A DNA stretch of 34,336 bases from Octopus bimaculoides (GCF_001194135.2 NC_068986.1:44981333-45015668), one strand, 5' to 3'. Shown: positions 1 through 10,539, numbered from the stretch's first letter. Notes: a model not told the origin generated them from the sequence alone. Made by a program: numbers and translations.

Positions 1-40
<40 letters not shown>

Positions 41-140
41 CTACATGTTATATTCAGTGATATATTTACGTACACAATTATACATGCATACATAGCACAC
101 ACATATATTAATTATATACACATATGTATATATTATATAC
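1..140. repeat. (AT)n microsatellite and TA/CA low-complexity sequence
   Basis: Pure AT dinucleotide run at 1-38, followed by TA/CA-rich sequence. Confidence 0.9.
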
Positions 141-236
141 ACCTCTTAGAAATTTCTCTCTCTATACTTGGTAAGCTCATTATTTTCATTCCCTCCTCAA
201 TCAATATTTTTTCAAATGCCTGTCTGCTGCACTATC

Positions 237-250
237 GTTACCATGGTAAC
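237..250. promoter_or_regulatory. RFX X-box motif (perfect palindrome GTTACCATGGTAAC)
   Basis: Exact 14-bp palindrome matching the X-box consensus GTNRCC-AT-RGYAAC, in non-repeat sequence. Function is inferred. Confidence 0.55.
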
Positions 251-903
251 ATTTTTCTTTACATATACCATTGATTTTTCTTCTTCCTCACATACTATTA
301 GTTTATCATTGCCTTTCTCCTTCAAATTCTAATACGTTCTTTCCTTCCCTCCTTGTACATCTCTTTATGTTTCTCTTTCATAATCGTATCTTAAACCATT
401 CGTGTTTCGTTTTACCTTATTTTTATTTTACCTCTCGGTTATATTTCGTCTCTTATTTCTTATAACTTTATACTTTATTCTGTTTACTTAAATTCTGCTA
501 TATAAAGTTGTTTTTTTTTAAAATTTTGTATGGGTACCATAAAGTGAAAACTGCCTACGTGTACCTACACACACATATTACACATTTCTTGTACATAAGC
601 GATGTGCTACTATATTGGTCGTCCCCCCCTCACATTCTCACTCTTTATATTATACTCCTCTCTCTCTCTTATTTATCAATCTATTTCTCTATCTGTCCTC
701 TTGTCTGTTTGCCTCTCTTCTCTCCATTACTTTTTCCTTCCTTCTCTGTAGCTATTATATTTTGTTTACGGGCCGTTTGTCCAATTTATTTGTTTCTTTT
801 TTTTTTCGTCTCTAACCACAATATCATACCTTACAAATAATATTTCTCATGTCTGCTTCCCCCCTATTCAATCTCTTTAAGGTTCTCTTATCTATCTCTC
901 GCA

Positions 904-1461
904 NNNNNNNNNNNNNNNNNNNNNNNNNNNNNNNNNNNNNNNNNNNNNNNNNNNNNNNNNNNNNNNNNNNNNNNNNNNNNNNNNNNNNNNNNNNNNNNNN
1001 NNNNNNNNNNNNNNNNNNNNNNNNNNNNNNNNNNNNNNNNNNNNNNNNNNNNNNNNNNNNNNNNNNNNNNNNNNNNNNNNNNNNNNNNNNNNNNNNNNNN
1101 NNNNNNNNNNNNNNNNNNNNNNNNNNNNNNNNNNNNNNNNNNNNNNNNNNNNNNNNNNNNNNNNNNNNNNNNNNNNNNNNNNNNNNNNNNNNNNNNNNNN
1201 NNNNNNNNNNNNNNNNNNNNNNNNNNNNNNNNNNNNNNNNNNNNNNNNNNNNNNNNNNNNNNNNNNNNNNNNNNNNNNNNNNNNNNNNNNNNNNNNNNNN
1301 NNNNNNNNNNNNNNNNNNNNNNNNNNNNNNNNNNNNNNNNNNNNNNNNNNNNNNNNNNNNNNNNNNNNNNNNNNNNNNNNNNNNNNNNNNNNNNNNNNNN
1401 NNNNNNNNNNNNNNNNNNNNNNNNNNNNNNNNNNNNNNNNNNNNNNNNNNNNNNNNNNNNN
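904..1461. other. Assembly gap (N-run)
   Basis: N characters. Confidence 1.
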
Positions 1462-1493
<32 letters not shown>

Positions 1494-1584
1494 ATATTCT
1501 GAATACAAGAAATTTAAAATACGTATCCGAATAGCGGGAATCGATGTATAATTACATTAATACATGTATGCATACACACACACA

Positions 1585-1635
<51 letters not shown>

Positions 1636-1640
1636 TACAA
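1462..1640. repeat. (TA)n/(AG)n/(CA)n microsatellites
   Basis: Visible dinucleotide runs at 1462-1491 and about 1565-1640. Confidence 0.9.
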
Positions 1641-1814
1641 TGCATTTACATTCATATATAGATGCAGATGCCCATACATACACGATGTATTATGTATGTA
1701 CACACGAGAATAGCCAAGGAACGTAATATCTACAATGTCTTTATAACTGGTTAGTGTATTAAAATAATTTTTATTGTTACGTTATCGATATTACAAACCA
1801 TACTAGAATCACTA

Positions 1815-2045
1815 TTTTCTTTTACATCGTTCTAGTTGTTGTCTAGCTCCAGATTAGCCCTCTTCAAATAGACCTATGGACTTATGATCCTAAGCATTTC
1901 AGCCGTGGCCATCCAGTCTTTTTGTTTACTTAGTTGTTCAACATGTCCTTACTATTTTTTTTAAGACGAGAAGATTTTTACTTAATAGAGATTCAGCTGT
2001 TATTTCTAGCTAGGAAAACGATCGCGTAGAGACTCTCGTTGACTC
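1815..2045 (-). mobile_element. Retroposon 3'-tail fragment (same family as about 5330-5470 and 7545-7722)
   Basis: The reverse complement shares ctagaaatagcagctaaatct...atcttaaaaaa...ggatggtcacggctg blocks with the plus-strand copies at about 5340 and 7560. Confidence 0.55.
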
Positions 2046-2124
2046 GTTCTTGTTATTTATGTTTTACTAGCAATTCCAGCATTTCACATGCTAAACAACA
2101 CAAGTATTATATATATTTATTGTT

Positions 2125-3285
2125 ATTGTTGAGGTTGATTAAAGAAGTACCAGTCGAGCACGGAGGTTGATGTAATCAACTAAGCTACCTCCCACAAATT
2201 TCAGGCCTTGTGCCTATATGAGAAAATTAAGCAATTATTAGCAAAGCGGCGAGTTGGCAAAATCGTTTGCACGCCGGACAAAACGTTTAGCGATCTGAGT
2301 TCAAATTCCACTAAGGTCATCCTTTCGGGGTCGATAAATTAAGTACCTATGAAACACTGGGGGGGGGGATGTAATTGACTAGTCCCCTCCCCACAAATTT
2401 CAGGCCTTGCGCCTTTAGTAGAAACGATTATTAGTAAACCGACGAGCTGGCAAAATCGTTAGCACGCTGGACAAAACGTTTAGCAACATTTCGTCCGTCT
2501 CTACGTTCAGAGTTCAAATTCCGCTAAGGTTGACTTTGTCTTTCATCGTTTCGGGGTCGATAAAATAAGTACCAGTTGAGCACTGGGTCGATGTAGTCGG
2601 CTGCTCTCTCCTCAAAATTCAGGCAATGTGCTTATACTAGAAAGAATTATGAGCAGCATTTCATTCGTCTTTACGTTCTGAATTCAAATTTCGCGGAGAT
2701 CAATTTCGCATTTCATCCTTTTCGGGTCGAAAAATTAAGTACCAGTGAACACTGGGGTTGATGTAATCGACTAGTTCCCCTCCCCCAGTATTTCAGGCCT
2801 TGTGCCTTTAATTATTACTGAAGGCTGCGAGTTGGTACAATTGTCAGCGCGTCGCACAAAAATGCTTCGCAACATTTCTTCTGGCTCTTTATGTTTTGTG
2901 TTGTAATTCTGTCGACGTCGACTTAACCGTTCATCTTTTCGCAGTCGATAAAGTACTAGTTTTGCATTGGGGTCGAGATAATAGACTTACCTCATCCCCT
3001 AAAATTGCTGGCATTGTACCCAAATTTGAAACTGTTATTATTAGCACAAAGGGCAGCGAGCTCGCAACAGTTATTTTGCAAAATTGGTAGGGTATTTATA
3101 TTTAGCTGCGTCACCCAACTAGATAGAATTTGAACTTCTGAGTTCAAATTCCATCGAGGTCAAGTTTGCATTTCGTCTCTGTAGAGTGGATAAAAGAAAG
3201 TACCAGTCAAGTATTAGGGTCGATGTTTACTGACTAACAACACCCTCTCCTCAAAAAAATTGCTGACCTTGTGCCTAACTTATTG
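2125..3285 (+). mobile_element. Head-to-tail cluster of about 6 tRNA-derived SINE copies (family A)
   Basis: Repeated ggcgagctggcaaaatcgttagc head, gagttcaaattcc B-box, gtcgataaattaagtaccag core and aaatttcaggccttgtgcct...attattag tail. Units start at about 2125, 2245, 2436, 2652, 2822 and 3050. Confidence 0.85.
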
Positions 3286-3767
3286 GCACCGTTGCTTTCC
3301 TGAATTTTTAGGCCTTGGAACCCACGTGGCACACACAGTCTGGTAAATACTGTCTATTTTATTCTTGGTCTTCGTTTAACTGTAGGTTAGGTTTGGTAGG
3401 GAGTAAAATAAGAGTTTATTATACCTCCCCTCACATTTACACACTATCTCTGGTGGAATATGAATGCATTGCATGATAGAAAGAAGGAATAATTAGTAGT
3501 TTGGCAGAGCGAACAGCAGTCAGCCGTTGGTAAGAGGACTTAGAAAAGGGAGGGAGAGAGAAAGTTCATATCAGAGTGGTTTACCTGATAGTGTGGAAGA
3601 TGGACAGTAGTAGCAAGTATGATATTTCATAAAATCTATGGTTGTTGCTGTGTTAGTGAATATGGTTTTTTTAACTTTGTCTCTTTCTTCTTATTTTCAT
3701 TTGATATCAGTGGCTATGAAAGTCCTCATTCTAATTTGTTCTTTGCTTTATCTGTCAACGCAAATTA

Positions 3768-3791
3768 TATATATATATAATATACATGCAG

Positions 3792-3832
<41 letters not shown>

Positions 3833-3881
3833 GTAGATGTATATGTGTGTATATATATATATATCTATATATAATAGGTAG

Positions 3882-3929
<48 letters not shown>

Positions 3930-4150
3930 GGTAGATGTATGTGTATATATATATATATATATTATAGGTAGATGTATATATATATATGTGTGTATTTACA
4001 TATATATACATGTAGGTGTGTGTGTGTGTATATATATATGTATGTGTATTTACATATATATACATGTAGGTGTGTGTATATATAATAGGTGTATATATAT
4101 ATATAATAGGTGTATGTGTATATATATGTGTGTATATTTACACACACATA
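3768..4150. repeat. Compound micro/minisatellite: ataggtagatgt(at)n and acatgtaggtgtgtg units
   Basis: At least 4 repeats of taggtagatgt separated by variable (AT)n, plus GT/AT runs. Confidence 0.85.
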
Positions 4151-5269
4151 TTACATGACTATTTAGTTATAAATGCTAATAGATGGGTTAAGACGAAGAT
4201 TTTAAAATGCTACAATAATTAATCTTCAGTAAACAATACATGCTGAGAAAAAGAAAAATAGGCAAAAAATCTCTTATAACAGTTTTATTGGAAATTATAT
4301 CTTTTATATGTCCACACATACGTATATACATATATATTGAAAACATAAATAAAGATAGTTATTTTTCGCAGATTACATAAAAATTAAAAATAATGAAATT
4401 ATGATATAGATAACAAATATTCTCACATAGCCATATTTATTTTTAAAGAAAAAGAAATATTTATGAATATCAAAATCAAATGTCTAATGTATTTATTTAT
4501 TTATATTAACGAATGTGACCAAAAAGGAAGATAGTTTTCTACTTGTTACTCTTCGTCATTCAGTTTAAATACATAATTTTGTTGGCTTCTACTTTAATTA
4601 GTCTATGTTTATTAGCTTTTGTAATGGCATTTAGAAAGTAAAAGATACTCTGATTAAATGATTCCATGGATTTTGTAACCATTTCTCTAAGGCTAACCGA
4701 ACCATTTAACGAATTTATATTGAGAATATCAATAAATATATTTGTGATAACAATTAATGCATTTTCACTAAAAAAAAGACAACTAAAAAATGGAATTTAG
4801 TTTCTTAATCTTTAAAGGTGACTACATACATCTATTTTAATATAGGCAATAACCATTAGATTTAATTCATATTAGATTTCTTAGAGATATTTCACATTTT
4901 GAAAGCATCTAATGATTACTAATAATTTTATAATCAACGTTGTACTGTGATTGAATTGTGAATATAAGTTTAAGTTTGCACCTTATACTGGAATATTTAT
5001 ACTCCGAGTAGGCTGACTAAAGTTATTTGATATTTTGTTTTGCCTCATTGATTCATACAACACACTCTGAGACTTTAAGAGTACAGGAAATTCAGGTAAA
5101 TTTCGTTCGCATCTTATTGAAGAAATGTTGATTGCAAATAACAACAAACAATTAGAATATCTTTAGCTGAATTCTGAATCCACCTTTTTACTGTGTTAAG
5201 ATGATGTCATCAACTGATAAATAGCAGTCTAATGGTCTTGTTTAAAAAAATACGAGTATAATGATATCA

Positions 5270-5470
5270 GTGCTGATGACCAAGTCCCAGTGTTGCAGAA
5301 TACAGTGAAAAATAGCAGAGAGGCCAAGGTTGAACCTGTGAGGAAGCCTCTGCATGGTCGTTCAACTTGCAAAAAAAATAGTGTTCGGATTGCATTTAAA
5401 TCACACCCTAATGTTGTCTAAAAAGGAAGGGTGACAGGATGGTCACAGTTAGAATGTTAGTGGATAAACG
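5270..5470 (+). mobile_element. Degenerate retroposon fragment (family of 7545-7722)
   Basis: gaggaagcctctgcatggtcgttcaacttgc...aaatcacaccct...ggatggtcacagttagaatg resembles 7545-7720. Confidence 0.5.
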
Positions 5471-5743
5471 ATAACAGCAATGCAAATGTTTCTGTGTCTA
5501 ACATTGCAAAAGAAAGTTGTTTTACATTAGCTTAGAGGTAGAAAGACAGCATATAAAAAGTTTAATATACAATAAAATGCCACAAATTTCAAATAAAGCC
5601 TATGGACTTATGAACAGATTAAAAAAAATTCATCAAATTTCTGTAAATGTTCTTGAAATAAAATTAACACTGCAAAGAGATTGGTGTGAGGTAGGGCATC
5701 TAGCAATAGGAAATTATGCCAAAGTGGTCCATGATACATTTAA

Positions 5744-5946
5744 CCCTGTTGAGATACTCTGTCTTTATTTCACTTAATTTGGAAAATAAGGAAGAATAAC
5801 TTCATCATTTTAAAAATAATATAAGATAACTTCATTATTAATAATTGGTAATTGGAACATAAATCAACACTAAGTTTTGATGGGAGATTTTAATTCAGAA
5901 CTCTTGAAAATGATAGGTGGTCTAAGGTAGAATGGTATCAAAAGGG
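5744..5946. mobile_element. piggyBac-like MITE, degenerate
   Basis: TTAA|CCCTGTT left end and ggtatcaaaaGGG|TTGA right end. Internal blocks (taagataactt, ggaacataaat, gattttaattca) resemble the reverse complement of the 22309-22528 MITE. Confidence 0.55.
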
Positions 5947-6073
5947 TTGAAGGACTGTAATTTGGAATTAGAACTGACATAGACATATGACAAGCCATCT
6001 AAACTATGTTGGTTTAGAAACTGGACACAAAATAACGAAGGTGTTAAAGTGAAAGTCTGAAACACATAGTTGA

Positions 6074-6083
6074 NNNNNNNNNN
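6074..6083. other. Assembly gap (10 N)
   Basis: N characters. Confidence 1.
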
Positions 6084-6224
6084 TAAGATAACTTCATTAT
6101 TAATAATTGGTAATTGGAACATAAATCAACACTAATAGAACATGATGTGGGATAAAAATGGAGAGAAAGAAAAAAACAGAGTGAAAAAGAATGTATCTGG
6201 ATTAATGGTTCTGAGGGCATGTGT

Positions 6225-6460
6225 GTAGTGGTTAGGGTGTTGCACTCCTATTTGTAAGATTGTAATTGTGGCTTCAATTCGTGGACCTGGTGTTTTTGAA
6301 CACTTCATCTAACATGTGGCACACTGCGTACCTCTATAGGCAATATTGATCTGATGGAGGAAGTGAATTAATGTACAGCACAAACATTTGACAGAAGCAT
6401 TTGATCACCATAAACAAATTATCTGTACAAGGTTGTTCAACAAGAAATTGTGAAACCTTT
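6225..6460 (+). mobile_element. Diverged tRNA-headed SINE
   Basis: gtgtagtggttagggtgttgcact A-box-like head, degenerate ggcttcaattcg B-box, then a unique-looking body. Confidence 0.5.
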
Positions 6461-6520
6461 ATCTGTCATCTATAACGAATATTTTCATATAATTCCACTC
6501 TGGCATTTCTTTTCTGTTCG

Positions 6521-6651
6521 CCTGACTGGCCCTCATACCAGTGGCATGTAAAAGCACTCACTACACTCTCGGAGTGGTTGGCGTTAGGAAGACCATCCAG
6601 CTGTAGAAACTCTGTCAGATCAGATTGGAGCCTGGTGCGGCCGTCTGGTGA

Positions 6652-6655
<4 letters not shown>
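6521..6655 (+). mobile_element. RTE LINE 3'-UTR fragment ending in gatgat
   Basis: ctacactctcggagtggttggcgttaggaag...ccagctgtagaaactctg matches the reverse complement of the RTE 3' UTR at 7740-7900. Confidence 0.8.
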
Positions 6656-6682
<27 letters not shown>

Positions 6683-6780
6683 CTTCTAATATAAGGATAA
6701 AATTTTTTCAAAAAACAAAAACAGAATTTTATCAGTGGCCAGCATATTATAATACCTTTTAAGGTAAAAATTATAAACAA

Positions 6781-6890
6781 TTATATATAAGGGCAAATAG
6801 TGAAAAATATTGTATATGATTAGACGATATAATGTCTATTTTTTGAGCATATTGGCATAGAAATTTTTTTTGTTTTGCCCTTATTTATAA
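6781..6890. mobile_element. Small TA-flanked MITE-like element
   Basis: ttatatataagggcaaa (6781-6797) is the reverse complement of tttgcccttatttataa (6874-6890) with 1 mismatch. Confidence 0.55.
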
Positions 6891-7137
6891 TTATATATAT
6901 ATATATATATACACATATACATAGTGAGATGGAGTGAATAGAGGAGAGTTAAATGGACATAGTTCAGTACTAAATAAAAAGAGATGAATTATTGACCTTT
7001 CAGCTAGTTGGATGACAATGCCATCTGTAGAGAAACTGCTCCTGCATATATAATGTTTTCACTCTGTTAGTTATCATATTCCATACCATATTAGAAAATA
7101 AAATAGCTTTAATTAGCTAATAAGGGTGTTTCTACTG

Positions 7138-7542
7138 CAGTGGTTCTCAACCAGGGCCCATATGGTCCTTGTGGGTGGGGCTGCATATAAAATTTTGTTG
7201 TTAAAAATTATGTGTATTAAATTGGCTATACTTCTGCAATACACAAAATATTTTGACAATTTTTCTTTTATACAATTCCTAATAGTATCATCATCATTGT
7301 TTAACGTCTGCTTTCCATGCTAGCATGGGTTGGACAATTTGACTGAGGACTGGTGGACCAGGAGGCGACACCAGGCTCCAATCTGATTTGGCAGAGTTTC
7401 TACAGCTGGATGCCCTTCCTAACGCCAACCACTCCAAGAGTATATAATAGGGTTTTTTAAACATCAAATTGCCCCGTGAGTCCATCAGAATTAAGTAGGA
7501 ATCAAAGGGGTCCCTAGATAAAAAAACGATTAAGAGCCACTA
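7138..7542. mobile_element. hAT (Charlie-like) MITE with a nested RTE fragment
   Basis: Left TIR cagtggttctcaacc; degenerate right TIR gattaagagccacta (11/15 match). No TSD retained. Confidence 0.6.
7285..7442 (-). mobile_element. RTE 3'-end fragment inserted in the hAT MITE
   Basis: catcatcatcattgtttaacgtctgctttccatgc...ttctacagctggatgcccttcctaacgccaacc, the same terminus as the 7725 copy. Confidence 0.8.
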
Positions 7543-7544
7543 CT

Positions 7545-7722
7545 GTACAAGGTTGACCATCCTACTAGAAATAGCAACTAAATCTCATTCAAATTACTCC
7601 TTGCTATCTTACGAAAGTGGGACATACACTGTGGATATTTTGCATCTGAAAAATATGGGATGGTCATGGCTAGAACCCATTGATTCTATATTTTCTTAGT
7701 AAAGGCTGATTTAGGTTTAGAC
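7545..7722 (+). mobile_element. Retroposon 3'-tail fragment
   Basis: ctagaaatagcaactaaatctc...gggatggtcatggctagaa is shared with the 1815-2045 (minus) and 5340 copies. Confidence 0.55.
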
Positions 7723-8085
7723 AACATCATCATCAGTGTTTAACGTCTGCTTTCTGTGCTGGTATGGGTTTGACAGTTTGACTGAAGACTGGCAAGCCAG
7801 GAGGCTGCACCAGGCTCCAATCTGATCTGGCAAGGTTTCTACAGCTAGATGCCCTTCCGAACACCAACCACTCCGAGAGTGTAGTGGGTACTTTTTATGT
7901 GCCACCAGCATCACCACACTCAAATGGTGCTTTTTATGTGCCACTGGCATGGGAACCAGTCAGGCAGCACTGGCATTGACCATGTTTGAATGGTGCTGTT
8001 TATGTGCCACCAGCCATGACTACAATTTCACTTGACTCAAGAGGTCTTCTCAAGCACAGCATATTGCCCAACAATTGAAGGGTAC

Positions 8086-8376
8086 AGTTCTATATTTAAG
8101 AGATGAGGAATTATGTACATTATTTACAATTGACGGATATTTGTCCTCATCTTGTTTGTTGTTAACACAATGTTTCGGCTGATATACCCTCCAGCCTTCA
8201 TCAGGTGTCTTAGGGAAATTTCAAACCTGGGTTCTCATTCCTAAGATATTTTTCGATGTTGTTATTATTATTATTATTATTCAGGTCACTGCCTGGAATC
8301 GAACTCGGACTCTTGGGCTTAGTAGCTTGCGCTCTTAACCACTACATCATATGCCCATGGGCATATGGTGTAGTGT
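8086..8376 (-). mobile_element. tRNA-headed non-autonomous element with a Penelope-type hammerhead ribozyme, nested in the RTE 3' UTR
   Basis: 11-bp TSD ttgaagggtac (8075-8085 and 8377-8387). Minus strand: A-box tgatgtagtgg, B-box gagttcgattcc, (AAT)n, hammerhead core, and about 18 bp of inverted duplication at the 5' end. Confidence 0.8.
8164..8209 (-). ncRNA. Minimal type I hammerhead ribozyme (Penelope-like), probably inactivated
   Basis: Minus strand reads gacac-CTGATGA-a-ggctg(gagggtatat)cagcc-GAAA-c-att-gtgtt. Stem I is gacac/gtgtt, stem II is ggctg/cagcc. The usual GAAAC-GUH appears as GAAAC-AUU, consistent with CpG decay. Confidence 0.75.
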
Positions 8377-8965
8377 TTGAAGGGTACTTTTAAACGGGCC
8401 AGTTATGTGACACTGGCATTGGCCATGGCTATGATCTCATTTGACTTGCCAGGTCTTCTCAAACACAGGATATCTCCAAAGGTCTCGGTCACTTGTCATT
8501 GTCTCTGTGAGGCCCAACATTTGAAGGTTGTGCTTCATCACCTCATCCCATGTCTTCCTGGATCTAGCTCTTTCACAAGTTCTCTCCACTGTTAGGGTGT
8601 GACACTTCTTCACAACTGTCCTCATCCATACGCAACACATGACCATACCAGCGCAGTCGTCTCTCTTGCACACCACATCTGATGCTTCTTATGTCCAACT
8701 TTTCTCTCAGGGCACTTGCACTCCGTCATGTATGCACACTGACATTACACATCCAGCAGAACATACTAGCTTCATTTCTTTCAACCCTATCATGTCCTCA
8801 GCAGTTACAGCCCATGTTTCACTGCTATGTAGCATGGCTGTTAGCTCACAGGCATCATACAATCTACCTTTCACTTTGAGCGAGAGACCCTTTATTACCA
8901 GTAGAGGTAGGAGCTCTGAACTTTGCCCAGGCTATACTTATTCTAGCAGCCACCCCCAATGCTGA

Positions 8966-9950
8966 CTTTCACCTAGTGAGAAAAACCCTATGTCACCAGA
9001 TAGTAGCATCTTGAACTTCTTCCAACTTGTTTGTACTTTTGCTGCTATGCTTTCCTGACACTTCTATTGCTAATTAGGTCTACAAGGTAACAAAAACTAT
9101 CAACTACTGTTGGACTTTTAATAGAATGTACTTCTAGTACTTTTTATACTTATAACTTCTGAGCTATAAGTTTACCTTCCTTGTTAGCCTGCCTCTGATC
9201 CCACTGCACATCATCATCATCATTTAACATCCATTTTCCATGCTGGTATGGGTTGGACGATTTGACTGAGGTCTGGAAAACCAGTGGCTGCACCAGGCTC
9301 CAATCCGATCTGGCAATGTTTCTACAGCTGGGTGCCTTTCATAATGCCAACCACTCTGAGAGTGTAATGGGTGCTTTTTACATGCCACCAGCACAGGAGC
9401 CAGTCAGGCAGCCCTGGCATCGATCACGTTCAGATAGTGCTTTTTGTGCTACCGGCATGGGAGCCAGTCAGGGGCACTGGCATCGGTCACATTCAGATGG
9501 TGCTTTTTACGTGCCACTGGCATGGGAGCCAGTCAGGTATGTATAATTTTTACTGGGTACACCATATGAAATTTCTATGCATTCCTTTTCTGCATAGCGA
9601 GCACAGCCACTTCTTTGTCAGCAGCAGGGATCCTCATTCCTTGTTACTATACAAAAACTTTAGTCCTTGCTAAGTTTTCTTTGAGTCCTTTTGATTCTAT
9701 CATTTTCTCTGGAATTTCTTTCTTAATTCTAGAAGAGGTTCAGCTACAACAACTTGGTCATCAGTATATAGACAGCTGGTCTTAAACTCTTCTGTTATGG
9801 CCTGGGGGTCTATGGTAAATGGAAGGAGGAGGAGAGCTGAGCCCTTACCTGCATGTTATGTTACTGTACTCATTGCTCAATATCACCTTGCTGACTCTGC
9901 TTCTACACATGGCATGCATGCCATTCAGCAGCCCCTTGTTTCCTCAGTGA
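8966..9950 (-). pseudogene. Older, heavily decayed RTE reverse transcriptase fragment
   Basis: Minus translation, with stops and frameshifts: QAITEEFKTSC..YTDD(YADD-like)QVVVAEPLLELRKKF..WLCSLCRKG..WCTQ..CSGIRGRLT..VDSFCYLVDLI..CQESIAAKVQTSWKKFK. Confidence 0.8.
9211..9538 (-). mobile_element. RTE 3'-UTR copy nested in the older RTE
   Basis: catcatcatcatcatttaacatcc tail and tandem ggtgctttttac-gtgccac units. It interrupts the host Cys-rich segment. Confidence 0.85.
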
Positions 9951-9967
9951 TTACCATATTATAAAGT

Positions 9968-10143
9968 AATACTAATAATAATAATAACAATAATAATAAT
10001 AACTAATAATAATAATCCTTTCTATTATAGACGCAAAGCCTGAAATTTTTTGGGAAAAGACTAGTTGATTACATGGATCCTGGTGTTTAACTGGTACTTA
10101 TTTCGTTGACCCCAAAAGGGTGAAAGGCATAGTTGACCTCAGA
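9968..10143 (-). mobile_element. SINE family A 3' half with (AAT)n tail
   Basis: aataataat run followed by ctttctattatag..gcctgaaattt..ctggtacttattt..gaaaggcatagttgacctc. Confidence 0.75.
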
Positions 10144-10539
10144 AAATAATCATAAATGGGAGCAACAACAAACATATATTTGTATGTGTACATGTCTATA
10201 TCTATCTATCTATATTTATTTACACACAGCCTCATCATCATTTAGCATCTGTTTGAGACAATATTTATTTTCCACTTGACATTCTTTTCAAGCTATTTAC
10301 CAAGGTGGGGTGTATGAGTGAGTGGCTATCTGTCTAGTAGGTGCAGTAACTCTGAATAAGAATTGATAAGCAAGAGAGAGGGGACCCTACCACAGTAGTC
10401 TGGCCTGTTGGTATAAGCACTCTAATGCCAGTTCCAGTGCACTATGTAAAGTTGTTGGTGATAGAAAAGTACCCAGCTATGGTAACATGCTAAAATGGAA
10501 CATACATGTATGATGTTATCACAGGCTACCCATGTAGGA

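Larger units (their letters stand above)
7725..8955 (-). mobile_element. 5'-truncated RTE-clade LINE (younger copy): ORF C-terminus, repetitive 3' UTR and (GAT)n tail
   Basis: Minus translation, with frameshifts, gives AARISIAWAKF..LLPLLVIKGLSLKVKGRLYDAC..AMLHSSETWAVTAED..RRLRWYGHVLRMDED..KKCHTLTVERTCERARSRKTWDEVMKHNLQMLGLTETMTSDRDLWRY, the typical RTE C-terminus. The tail reads catcatcat on the plus strand at 7725. Confidence 0.9.

Noticed and set aside
271-840. Hydrophobic F/L/S-rich ORFs
   Set aside because: They result from pyrimidine-rich low-complexity DNA, and the composition is not protein-like.
7880-8030. Regularly repeated ggtgctttttatgtgccac units resembling a CRISPR-like array
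   Set aside because: They are internal tandem units of the RTE 3' UTR (also at 9370-9530) with non-unique spacers, in eukaryotic context.
9843-9852. Strong minus-strand donor CAG|GTAAG
   Set aside because: It falls inside the decayed RTE RT coding region.
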